44,666 nucleotides of DNA from the sequence record SRR20825019_49; one strand, given 5' to 3'. Below, piece by piece: positions 10,487 through 18,969 of the stretch. The translations under genes and the position numbers were made by a program. Position 1 is the stretch's first letter. Every line of letters begins with the position of its first letter. Under the pieces are notes generated by a model. The model was given only the letters and a program-made list of their open reading frames with translations, was not told where the DNA came from and made no database searches.

Positions 10487-11931
10487 GCCTGATCGTCCAG
10501 CAATTACGTGAATTGGCTGCTGCCAAGCCTGAGGCTATGGCTGTCACGGACAAACAGCAGCGTCTGACCCGGGTCGAATTGATAGGCGCGGTGACGCTGC
10601 TTGCTGAGAGCCTCAAGCCTTATCAGAGTCAGGTAGTGGCTTTGCTTGCAGACAATCAAATCGATTGGGTAGTGACTGATTTGGCTTGCCTTGAAGCCGG
10701 GGTGATATTGCTGCCTCTACCGGCCTTTTTCAATGCCACGCAACAGCAGCATGCGATAGCGCAAAGTGGTGCAGTAGCAGTGATTAGTTCCGCTGATAAC
10801 TTTCAGGGGGAACCAATCACAAGCCACCTCAGGATTAAGTCTATCCAGCCATCGGCACCGGCAAATTTACCTGACAATACCGTTAAAATCACTTTCACCT
10901 CCGGCTCTACCGGTCAACCCAAAGGGGTATGCCTGAGCGAGTCAAATCAATTCAATGTCGCGAACGCGCTGTTGCAACGCACCGGACTGAAAAGTCCGCG
11001 GCATCTTTGCGTTTTGCCGCTACCAACTTTACTGGAGAACATCGCGGGTGTGTATGCGCCACTGCTCAGCGGTGGTGAAGTCATTGTGCTGCCAGCCAAT
11101 GATCTTGGCTTTAACGGTGCCAGTGAGTTTGATGTGCACAAACTGGCCGCTGTGCTGGAGAGCGTTCAGCCTGACAGCCTGATTTTATTGCCTGGCATCT
11201 TGTCTGCATTAGTTGCCTTTATCAAGCATGGCTGGCAGGCACCAGACAGTTTGAAATTTGTTGCTGTCGGTGGCAGTCGGGTCGGTAGTGGTTTACTGGA
11301 AGCCGCTGAAGCAGTCAATCTCCCTGTGTATGAGGGGTATGGCCTGTCGGAGTGCAGCTCTGTCGTCAGTCTCAACAGCCCGAATGACAATCAGCAGGGT
11401 AGTGCGGGTATGCCCCTGCCGCATATTGAAGTCTCCATTGAAGACGAGGAAATATGCGTGTCCGGCAATGCCTTCCTGGGTTATGTCAACGAGCCTGAAA
11501 GCTGGTATCAGAAACAGGTCAAAACCGGTGATATCGGCGCAATTGATGACGCAGGATTTCTGCATATTCTGGGGCGGCGCAAAAACCTGCTGATCAACAG
11601 TTTCGGACGCAATATCAACCCGGAATGGATAGAAAGTGAAATCCTCGCCAACCCGGCCATTGCTCAATGCGTGGTCTACGGTGATGCGCGTCCCTTTTGC
11701 ATTGCACTTATTTATCCCCGAACGGCGGTAAGCGATGTGCTTATCAACAACTGGCTAAGCAGTGTTAATCAGGGGTTGCCGGTCTATGCCCGCATCAAAC
11801 ACTGGCTGCGACTTCCACAGCCACTGAGTCAGACCAGCGGCACACTAACAGCGAATGGCAAACCTGTACGGGAACAGATAGAGCGACTCTATCAGACAGA
11901 TATCAATCAAATTTTTAAGGAGCAGGCTTGA
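10483..11931 (+). CDS. AMP-binding (adenylate-forming, long-chain acyl-CoA synthetase-like) enzyme
   Basis: TFTSGSTGQPKG P-loop, YEGYGLSE, KTGD, GRRKNL; ATGA overlap with upstream gene. Confidence 0.92.
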   Translation: MSLIVQQLRELAAAKPEAMAVTDKQQRLTRVELIGAVTLLAESLKPYQSQVVALLADNQIDWVVTDLACLEAGVILLPLPAFFNATQQQHAIAQSGAVAVISSADNFQGEPITSHLRIKSIQPSAPANLPDNTVKITFTSGSTGQPKGVCLSESNQFNVANALLQRTGLKSPRHLCVLPLPTLLENIAGVYAPLLSGGEVIVLPANDLGFNGASEFDVHKLAAVLESVQPDSLILLPGILSALVAFIKHGWQAPDSLKFVAVGGSRVGSGLLEAAEAVNLPVYEGYGLSECSSVVSLNSPNDNQQGSAGMPLPHIEVSIEDEEICVSGNAFLGYVNEPESWYQKQVKTGDIGAIDDAGFLHILGRRKNLLINSFGRNINPEWIESEILANPAIAQCVVYGDARPFCIALIYPRTAVSDVLINNWLSSVNQGLPVYARIKHWLRLPQPLSQTSGTLTANGKPVREQIERLYQTDINQIFKEQA

Positions 11932-12600
11932 ATGGCTTTTTTTGATGTTTTACAGACAGAAACCGCTGAGGCAAGAGCGCAGCTTTTCAGCGCCCCCATT
12001 TTTGAGCGGGCCTTTAACGGTGATATCGATCACGCGCTTTATATCGATTTTCTGACACAGGCCTATCACCATGTGAAACATACAGTGCCTTTGTTAATGA
12101 CCGTGGGCGGCCGCTTGCCTGAAAGCAAGGAATGGCTGCGAACGGCGGTGGCAGAGTACATTGAAGAGGAAGTCGGTCATCAGGAATGGATATTAAATGA
12201 TATTGCCGCCTGTGGTGGGGATAAAGAGGCGGTCAGAGACAGTCACCCCAATCTGCATACCGAGCTGATGGTCGCTTACGCCTATGACCTTGCATCACGT
12301 GTTAACCCATTGGGCTTCTTTGGCATGGTGCATGTGCTGGAGGGCACCAGTATTACCTCTGCCGATCGGGCTGCGGAGTCGATCCAAAATGCATTAAACC
12401 TGCCTAATCAGGCTTTCAGTTATCTACGTTCTCATGGCGCGTTGGATCAGGACCATGTCAAATTCTTTGAGAGTCTGATGAACCGGATTTCTGAGCCAGA
12501 TGAACAGGCACTTATCATTCGTTCGGCCAGGATTTTCTATTACCTCTACGGAAATATCTTCCGTAGTCTCACCGGAGATAAAATGCCATGTACAGCATGA
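11932..12600 (+). CDS. Iron-containing redox enzyme (heme-oxygenase-like diiron oxidase; TenA/PqqC fold)
   Basis: EYIEEEVGHQEWILND, HVLEG and SHGALDQDH ligand pattern. Confidence 0.85.
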   Translation: MAFFDVLQTETAEARAQLFSAPIFERAFNGDIDHALYIDFLTQAYHHVKHTVPLLMTVGGRLPESKEWLRTAVAEYIEEEVGHQEWILNDIAACGGDKEAVRDSHPNLHTELMVAYAYDLASRVNPLGFFGMVHVLEGTSITSADRAAESIQNALNLPNQAFSYLRSHGALDQDHVKFFESLMNRISEPDEQALIIRSARIFYYLYGNIFRSLTGDKMPCTA

Positions 12601-13373
12601 AAGACAAAACCATCGTGTTGACAGGAGCAGCCGGCGGAATTGGCCGGGCTGTTGCCGAATTGCTCGACACTGTGGGAGCAACCCTGGTGCTGACTGATAT
12701 CAACGGCAATCAGCTGGAAGTGCTCAATCATAGTCTCGGCGACAGGCACTATACCGTAGAGGCCGATCTGGCGTCTGCTGAAGGACGCAGCAAGCTCGTT
12801 GACTGCTGTACTGACATGCTGTCGCCGCCGCAAATGCTGATCAATATTGCCGGGATTAATCAGTTTGCCAAGCTCGCTGACTACAGTGATGAACAGCTGA
12901 CAAAGTTAATTAATGTCAATTTGACCAGTCAGATCGCACTTTGCCGGGATTTTTTACCCTTATTCAGCAGATTATCTGCTGCCGCTATTATCAATGTCGG
13001 CTCCATTCTGGGCAGTATCGGTATGCCCGGTTATAGCGTCTACTGTGCAAGCAAGTTCGGACTACGTGGTTTCAGTGAAGCACTGGGCCGGGAATTAATG
13101 GATTCTCCTGTCGAGGTCCGTTATTTCGCTCCCCGAGCCACACAAACAGCTTTGAACGACAGCAGGGTCAATGAGATGAACAAGGCGCTGGGTAATGCGA
13201 TGGACACACCGCAGCGAGTGGCTGCCGAGCTGGTCAGTTTTCTGAAGAACCATGAGAAGCGCGGCTATCTGGGGTGGCCAGAGAAATTATTTGTGCGCAT
13301 CAATAGCCTGTTTCCGTCACTGGTCGATAAATCCTTTCGAAAACAGCTTGGCGTGATTAAACGCTATCTATGA
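12588..13373 (+). CDS. SDR family oxidoreductase (start may be 12597, ATGA overlap)
   Basis: TGAAGGIG Rossmann motif, NIAG, GS, YCASK catalytic motif. Confidence 0.93.
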   Translation: MYSMKDKTIVLTGAAGGIGRAVAELLDTVGATLVLTDINGNQLEVLNHSLGDRHYTVEADLASAEGRSKLVDCCTDMLSPPQMLINIAGINQFAKLADYSDEQLTKLINVNLTSQIALCRDFLPLFSRLSAAAIINVGSILGSIGMPGYSVYCASKFGLRGFSEALGRELMDSPVEVRYFAPRATQTALNDSRVNEMNKALGNAMDTPQRVAAELVSFLKNHEKRGYLGWPEKLFVRINSLFPSLVDKSFRKQLGVIKRYL

Positions 13374-13383
13374 GGAACAAACC

Positions 13384-14043
13384 ATGAAAAAACGCTTTGT
13401 GATTCTAGCACTTATGATCAGCTTTTCGGCTGTCGCCGATGTGATGAAACAGGTGGCAGAGGTTCAACATAATTGGGCGGAGGCCAACTATGAGCTTAAG
13501 GACAAAGCGCAGAAAACACGCTTTGAAGCATTGCTGAATGAGTCAGATGCCGTTGTGAAGGACAACCCTGATTCCGCCGAGGCCCTGATCTGGCGTGGCA
13601 TCGTACAATCGAGCTATGCCGGGATTAAAGGTGGACTGGGTGCGCTGGGGCTGGCCAAAGCCGCCAGAGCGGACTTTGAACAGGCGATGAAAATCGATGA
13701 CAAGGCACTTGATGGTTCGGCCTACACCAGTCTGGGCACGCTCTATTTTAAAGTCCCTGGCTGGCCATTGGGCTTTGGCGATAATGACAAAGCCGAAGCC
13801 TTGCTCAAAAAAGCCTTGAGCATTAACCCCGATGGGATTGATAGTAATTATTTTTATGGGGTTTTTCTGCTTGATCAGAGACAATACAAGCAGGCTGAAC
13901 AGTATTTACTGAAAGCCCAGCAGGCACCGGCACGTCCCAGTCGTCCTCTGGCTGATAAAGGGCGACAGAAGGAGATTGCCGAGGCCTTACAGCAAGTTCG
14001 TTATCAACTGAGAACAGATCAACATGCAGGTATTGCTGATTGA
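13384..14043 (+). CDS. Exported tetratricopeptide-repeat protein
   Basis: Sec signal (..FSAVA-D); TPR helices (LGTLYFKVPGWPLGFGD..KAE.LL.KAL.INPDGIDSNYFYG). Confidence 0.85.
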   Translation: MKKRFVILALMISFSAVADVMKQVAEVQHNWAEANYELKDKAQKTRFEALLNESDAVVKDNPDSAEALIWRGIVQSSYAGIKGGLGALGLAKAARADFEQAMKIDDKALDGSAYTSLGTLYFKVPGWPLGFGDNDKAEALLKKALSINPDGIDSNYFYGVFLLDQRQYKQAEQYLLKAQQAPARPSRPLADKGRQKEIAEALQQVRYQLRTDQHAGIAD

Positions 14044-14683
14044 GGACGACGCCTCTCTGGCGGAGGGACTGAAACGTTCACTTAAACGAGAAGGCTTTAT
14101 TGTTAACCATCTGGTGCAGGGAAAACAGGGCGTCAGCGCCGTTTCGACCTCGCCACCGGACATCGTTGTGCTGGATCTGGGGTTACCGGATATGGATGGG
14201 CAGGACGTGCTGAAAGCGATACGCAAGCTGGATGCAGCGCTACCGGTGTTGATTCTGACAGCCAGAGCCTCGCTGGAAGACAAAGTGGCGGGCCTGGATA
14301 ACGGGGCTGATGATTATCTGGCTAAACCTTTCGAAACGGATGAGTTACTGGCCCGTTTACGGGTGTTTGAGCGTCGTCTGAGCAGTTTCAAACATGCCGG
14401 ACTGACGATTGGTGAGGTTACGATGGACAGTAAAGCCCTGACCGTAACGGTGTCGGGTGCAGAGATTGAATTGTCACGCCGTGAATTTATGCTGCTTAAA
14501 ACGCTGATGGAGAATGCCGGTCGAGTACAGACCCGTGACAGCCTGGAGAGCAAGCTCTACAGCTGGGGAGAAGAGATCGCCAGTAACGCCATCGAGGTGC
14601 ATATCCATCATCTGCGCAAGAAGTTGCCTGATCAATTTATCAAGACTGTTCGTGGTGTCGGCTACACCATCAAACCGGCATGA
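14024..14683 (+). CDS. OmpR-family response regulator (QseB/PmrA-like)
   Basis: LLIEDD, LDLGLP, LTAR, GADDYLAKPF, SNAIEVHIHHLRKKL, TVRGVGY. Confidence 0.95.
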   Translation: MQVLLIEDDASLAEGLKRSLKREGFIVNHLVQGKQGVSAVSTSPPDIVVLDLGLPDMDGQDVLKAIRKLDAALPVLILTARASLEDKVAGLDNGADDYLAKPFETDELLARLRVFERRLSSFKHAGLTIGEVTMDSKALTVTVSGAEIELSRREFMLLKTLMENAGRVQTRDSLESKLYSWGEEIASNAIEVHIHHLRKKLPDQFIKTVRGVGYTIKPA

Positions 14684-16002
14684 AATCGATTCGTCTTTTC
14701 CTGCTGTTATCGCTGCTGGCCACGATCACTTTGGTGAACTTTGTGGCCTTGTTACACGGCTATCAGTCCAGTATGGAGAAAGCCCAGACTCTGTTTGACT
14801 CCAGGCTGGAAAGCACGGCAAGACTGATTGCTTCAGCGAACTCCGAACAGGCGATGCAGCAGGGAATTGCCGAACAACAGACACCATTCACTTATTTTCA
14901 AATCTGGGACAGTGGCGGCAAACAATTACTCACCCGATCGGGAAATGCACCGGCATTTGTCACTGGTGAGTTGAGTGAAGGTTTCCATGAAATCAATTTC
15001 GACAGCTATCGCTGGCGCAACTATGTTTATCGTGATGAGCACCTCAATCGCTGGATTGTAGTTGCTGAGCGTATTGATATTCGCTACGTCCTGGCCGAAG
15101 AAGTTGTTCTGGAATCCTTGCTTCCGATTGTGATTGCAATACCGGTTGCAGCATTGATTATCTGGCTGGCGGTTGGCGTCGGTCTTAACCCGTTGCGTCA
15201 GTTTGCTGCTCAGGTGATGGCCAAACGCGCTGATGATCTAAGCCCGATTCAACTTGAAAGGGTACCTCATGAACTGGTCACAGTAGTGTCCAATACCAAT
15301 GCTTTATTAGGCAGGCTGGATCACGCTTTCCAGCGGGAACAGCGCTTTGCTTCAGATGCGGCACATGAGCTGAGAACGCCCATCAGTGTGCTCAATGTAC
15401 ACTTGCACAATCTGAAACAACGCCTGGGCGAGGATGATGAAGACATCACTTTTCTCAAGGCAGGCATTGAACGGATGGGACATCTGGTTGAACAGATTCT
15501 GGCGCTTTACCGTACTTCACCGGATCAAGCCCTGGCGCGTTTTGAAACGGTTGACCTGTATAAACTGGCGCAAACGGTCATTGCCGGCGATTTTCTCAAT
15601 TTTGAGCGCAAGCAACAGCATATTTCTCTGGATGGGCAGAGTGCCTGCTTGTCCGGTAATCGATTTGCACTGGAAACCTTGTTGCAGAACTTATTGAGCA
15701 ACGCTGATAAGTACACACCGCCAGAGGGAGAAGTTCATGTCATTGTCAAACCGCTTCAGGGTGGCGTACAGCTCATTGTCGAAGATTCCGGTCCGGGTAT
15801 TCCGGCCGATCAATACGAACGTGTGTTTGAGCGTTTTTACCGCTTTCAGGGTGACAGGCATGCTAGTGGTGAGCTGGGCTGCGGGCTGGGCCTTACCATA
15901 GTCAGCCATATTGTCGAGCTGCACCATGCCAGTATCCGACTGGGTCCTTCATCCCTGGGACAGGGGCTCGCTGTGAACATTATTTTCCCCGGAGAAATTT
16001 AA
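14680..16002 (+). CDS. Sensor histidine kinase (QseC/PmrB-like)
   Basis: Two TMs, HAMP, DAAHELRTP H-box, NLLSNADKY, EDSGPGIP, GCGLGL. Confidence 0.95.
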   Translation: MKSIRLFLLLSLLATITLVNFVALLHGYQSSMEKAQTLFDSRLESTARLIASANSEQAMQQGIAEQQTPFTYFQIWDSGGKQLLTRSGNAPAFVTGELSEGFHEINFDSYRWRNYVYRDEHLNRWIVVAERIDIRYVLAEEVVLESLLPIVIAIPVAALIIWLAVGVGLNPLRQFAAQVMAKRADDLSPIQLERVPHELVTVVSNTNALLGRLDHAFQREQRFASDAAHELRTPISVLNVHLHNLKQRLGEDDEDITFLKAGIERMGHLVEQILALYRTSPDQALARFETVDLYKLAQTVIAGDFLNFERKQQHISLDGQSACLSGNRFALETLLQNLLSNADKYTPPEGEVHVIVKPLQGGVQLIVEDSGPGIPADQYERVFERFYRFQGDRHASGELGCGLGLTIVSHIVELHHASIRLGPSSLGQGLAVNIIFPGEI

Positions 16003-16003
16003 A

Positions 16004-16327
16004 TTGAAACAATGGCTTGCTTTTCTCACTTTATGTTCGCTCTCGACTGTCGCGTTAGCGGGACCGCCAGTGATAGAAATCGAGATTAAAGATCATTTGT
16101 TCTTCCCGGATGAGGTTCGAATTCCAGCCGACACCAAGGTGAAATTTCTGGTGAAAAATCTTGATCCGACAGCAGAAGAATTCGAAAGCTACGAACTCAA
16201 CCGGGAAAAAGTCATCGCCGGTCACAGCGAGGCCATTATTTTTATCGGACCGTTGCCAGCGGGGGAGTATCCCTTTTTTGGCGAATTCTTTCCTAAAACT
16301 GCCCAGGGCAAAGTGATCGCGGAGTAA
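16004..16327 (+). CDS. Periplasmic cupredoxin-domain protein (EfeO-N/FtrB-like)
   Basis: Signal peptide; F.P....PA, EEFES.ELNREKVI, GEYPFFGEF. Confidence 0.85.
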   Translation: MKQWLAFLTLCSLSTVALAGPPVIEIEIKDHLFFPDEVRIPADTKVKFLVKNLDPTAEEFESYELNREKVIAGHSEAIIFIGPLPAGEYPFFGEFFPKTAQGKVIAE

Positions 16328-16331
16328 TGCC

Positions 16332-17111
16332 ATGTTATTGAATGCGGTCATTATTATTCTGAGGGAAGTACTGGAAGCGGCACTGATCATCAGTGTGTTT
16401 CTGGCATTAAGTCATCTGCTTAATCGCAATTTGTGGTGGATGCTGCTGGCCCTGGTGCTGGGTTTCAGTGGTGCCTATGTCTATGCGGTGAATTTAAGTC
16501 AAATATCCATGGCATTGGATGGGACTGGACAGGAAGTTCTCAACGCTGTGCTGCACAGCGTTATCTTTCTTGCGTTATTGATATTCATGATCAGTGTGCC
16601 TCATCAGAGGCAGGCTAAATGGCGCTGGCTGAACCTGGTGACCATTGTGCTTGCTGTTATCACCGCCATCATTCGTGAAGGCTCTGAAATCATTCTCTAT
16701 ATCAAGGGGTTTTTCGGTATTCCGGATTTACTCAGTCCAGTGTTAATAGGGAGTGCCGTTGGTGCCGGCATCGGACTGAGTGTTGGCGTGTTTTTTTACT
16801 ATCTGCTGGTCAATATGCGCAGCAGCTATGGTATTTGGCTGGGTTATCTGATTCTGCTTCTGATCGGCGGCAGCATGGTGGCGCAGGCAGTCGAATTTAT
16901 GATCCAGGCAGACTATATCGCCGCCAGTGCACCGGTCTGGGACAGTTCTGCGATTATCAGTGAACGATCAGCTGCAGGCCAACTGCTCTACGCACTTGTC
17001 GGTTATGAAGCGACACCGGCTCCGGAACAGGCAGTGGCTTATTTCAGCAGCATGGGTCTGTTGATAGTGGCTGCCGTCATCAGCTTTATGTTCAGAAGGA
17101 AAACATCATGA
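16332..17111 (+). CDS. FTR1 family iron permease
   Basis: Two RExxE motifs (REVLE, REGSE); about 7 TMs; GQLLYALVGYEATP. Confidence 0.9.
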   Translation: MLLNAVIIILREVLEAALIISVFLALSHLLNRNLWWMLLALVLGFSGAYVYAVNLSQISMALDGTGQEVLNAVLHSVIFLALLIFMISVPHQRQAKWRWLNLVTIVLAVITAIIREGSEIILYIKGFFGIPDLLSPVLIGSAVGAGIGLSVGVFFYYLLVNMRSSYGIWLGYLILLLIGGSMVAQAVEFMIQADYIAASAPVWDSSAIISERSAAGQLLYALVGYEATPAPEQAVAYFSSMGLLIVAAVISFMFRRKTS

Positions 17112-17791
17112 AATTAATCCGCTATGCCACAGCGCCATTGTTGTTGATTCCCGGACTGGTGATGGCTGATGACCTTGCCATCGATAAGGTCTATCACCCC
17201 TATGTTCAGCCGCTGGAGCGGGAAGTGGAGTGGCGGATGGTGGCCGCGGATGGTGATCATTTACAGCGCCTGGGTATCGGACAATCTTTAAATGATCGGG
17301 TCTTTGTCGAAGGCTATCTGCTGGCAGCTGAAGAGGGCGATACTTTCCGGCTGGAAGGTTATGAACTGGAAACACGTCTGCAGTTAAGTGAACAGGGTGA
17401 GTATGCTGTTGACTGGGGCATGCTGGTTGAACTGGAAAAAGCGCATCATGAGGATGAATGGGAGCTGGCCACCGCCCTGTTGATGGAGAAACAGTGGGGC
17501 AAATGGGTAGGGGCGGCCAATTTCTGGCTGGAATATGAATGGGGCAATCAAATCAAGGATGAGTTTGAAACTGCTGTAGCCTTTCAAACCCGTTACCGTC
17601 TCTCCCCCGAGTTTGAGCCAGCGATTGAGTTTTATGGCGGTGAAAATACCCGGGCGCTGGGACCCGTTGCTATGGGTGATGTCCGCTTTGGTCCCGGTAA
17701 AAAGTTACATTGGGAGACTGGCATTCTGCTCGGTCTCAGTAAAAAAACGCCGGATGCAACCCTCAGGTTGCTTGCTGAATATGAGTTTTAG
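17108..17791 (+). CDS. Exported hypothetical protein, probable outer-membrane beta-barrel
   Basis: Signal peptide, alternating aromatic/polar strands, C-terminal ..AEYEF. Confidence 0.65.
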   Translation: MKLIRYATAPLLLIPGLVMADDLAIDKVYHPYVQPLEREVEWRMVAADGDHLQRLGIGQSLNDRVFVEGYLLAAEEGDTFRLEGYELETRLQLSEQGEYAVDWGMLVELEKAHHEDEWELATALLMEKQWGKWVGAANFWLEYEWGNQIKDEFETAVAFQTRYRLSPEFEPAIEFYGGENTRALGPVAMGDVRFGPGKKLHWETGILLGLSKKTPDATLRLLAEYEF

Positions 17792-17842
17792 CTGTGGACA
17801 GTAAAACAAAAATTCACACCCGATGAATAAAGGAAGTTTGTA

Positions 17843-18964
17843 ATGCATGAGTTAATGCCACGCGAGACATCATTTTCAGTGAAGCGCATGACGCGCATCC
17901 TGCTTTCCATCCTGTTAGTGTTGATAGGGTCACCGGTTTTTTCAGAACCGCTTATTCTCAATCAGCTTGAGCAGGATAATCTGGGTTTGAAACTGGCGTC
18001 GGCGAAAGCAATGTCAATCACCAGCAGTCCGTCATTTCCTGCTAATGTGATCATTCCCAATAATGCCCAAAATAGCGTGCACAGTCCTCAGGAAGGTATC
18101 GTGCTGCACCTTTTCAAAGCTGTGGGTGACACGGTCAGCCGGGGAGAGCTTGTTGCCGTTGTGAACAGCTTGAGCCTTATTACGGTGCAACGTGATTATC
18201 TCCAGTCTCACGGCAAACTCAGACAGATTGAAATTGAGTGGCGCCGGCTTAAACAACTTTATGCCGAAAGTATAGTGGCTGAAAGGCGCTATCAGGAAAT
18301 AGCATCGCAGCGGGAATTGGCGATTAACGAATATCAAGCGCTGGCACAGCAGTTGAAAATGATGGGCCTGTCCAAGGCGCAGCTCGATGAACTGCGTTCC
18401 AGTGGTGAATATACCAGTGAGTTACAGCTACATTCGGAAAAAGATGGTGTTGTCATGCAGCAACAGGTCACGACCGGGCAGCGGGTGACTGCGATGGACA
18501 GCCTGTATATGATTGCCGACCTCTCAACGCTGTGGCTGGAGATCCATGTTCCACTCGACATTGCCAGGCAGATTAATCCTGGTAAACAGGCCAGTGTGGA
18601 CGGACGCGATGTCAATGGGAAAGTCACGGCTGTGGGGCGAGAAGTGCATGAAGTTGACCGTGGTGTCATGGTCAGAGTCCTGGTTGAGGACAATACGGAT
18701 TTGCTGACACCCGGTGAATTTGTTCAGGTTAAGTTTTATGAGTCTGCGTCAGTACTGCGTTACGAAATACCATTATCTGCGGTGCTTAACCTGGAAGGCA
18801 CTCCCCATATTTTCGTTAAAACACCATCAGGCTTCAGCCCGGTACCGGTTGTCGTATACAGCCAACGTGACGACACAGCCATAATCGAAGTGAATGAAAA
18901 CGGTCTGGATAAAGTCGTGGTAGCTGGGGTCGCGGCCCTCAAAGCCGCCTGGAACAACAGGTAA
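17843..18964 (+). CDS. CzcB/CusB-like heavy-metal RND adaptor (start may be 17888)
   Basis: G.V...F..VGD.V..GE lipoyl motif, IADLSTLWLE, L.PGEFV; directly upstream of CzcA-like gene. Confidence 0.85.
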   Translation: MHELMPRETSFSVKRMTRILLSILLVLIGSPVFSEPLILNQLEQDNLGLKLASAKAMSITSSPSFPANVIIPNNAQNSVHSPQEGIVLHLFKAVGDTVSRGELVAVVNSLSLITVQRDYLQSHGKLRQIEIEWRRLKQLYAESIVAERRYQEIASQRELAINEYQALAQQLKMMGLSKAQLDELRSSGEYTSELQLHSEKDGVVMQQQVTTGQRVTAMDSLYMIADLSTLWLEIHVPLDIARQINPGKQASVDGRDVNGKVTAVGREVHEVDRGVMVRVLVEDNTDLLTPGEFVQVKFYESASVLRYEIPLSAVLNLEGTPHIFVKTPSGFSPVPVVVYSQRDDTAIIEVNENGLDKVVVAGVAALKAAWNNR

Positions 18965-18969
18965 GTCTG

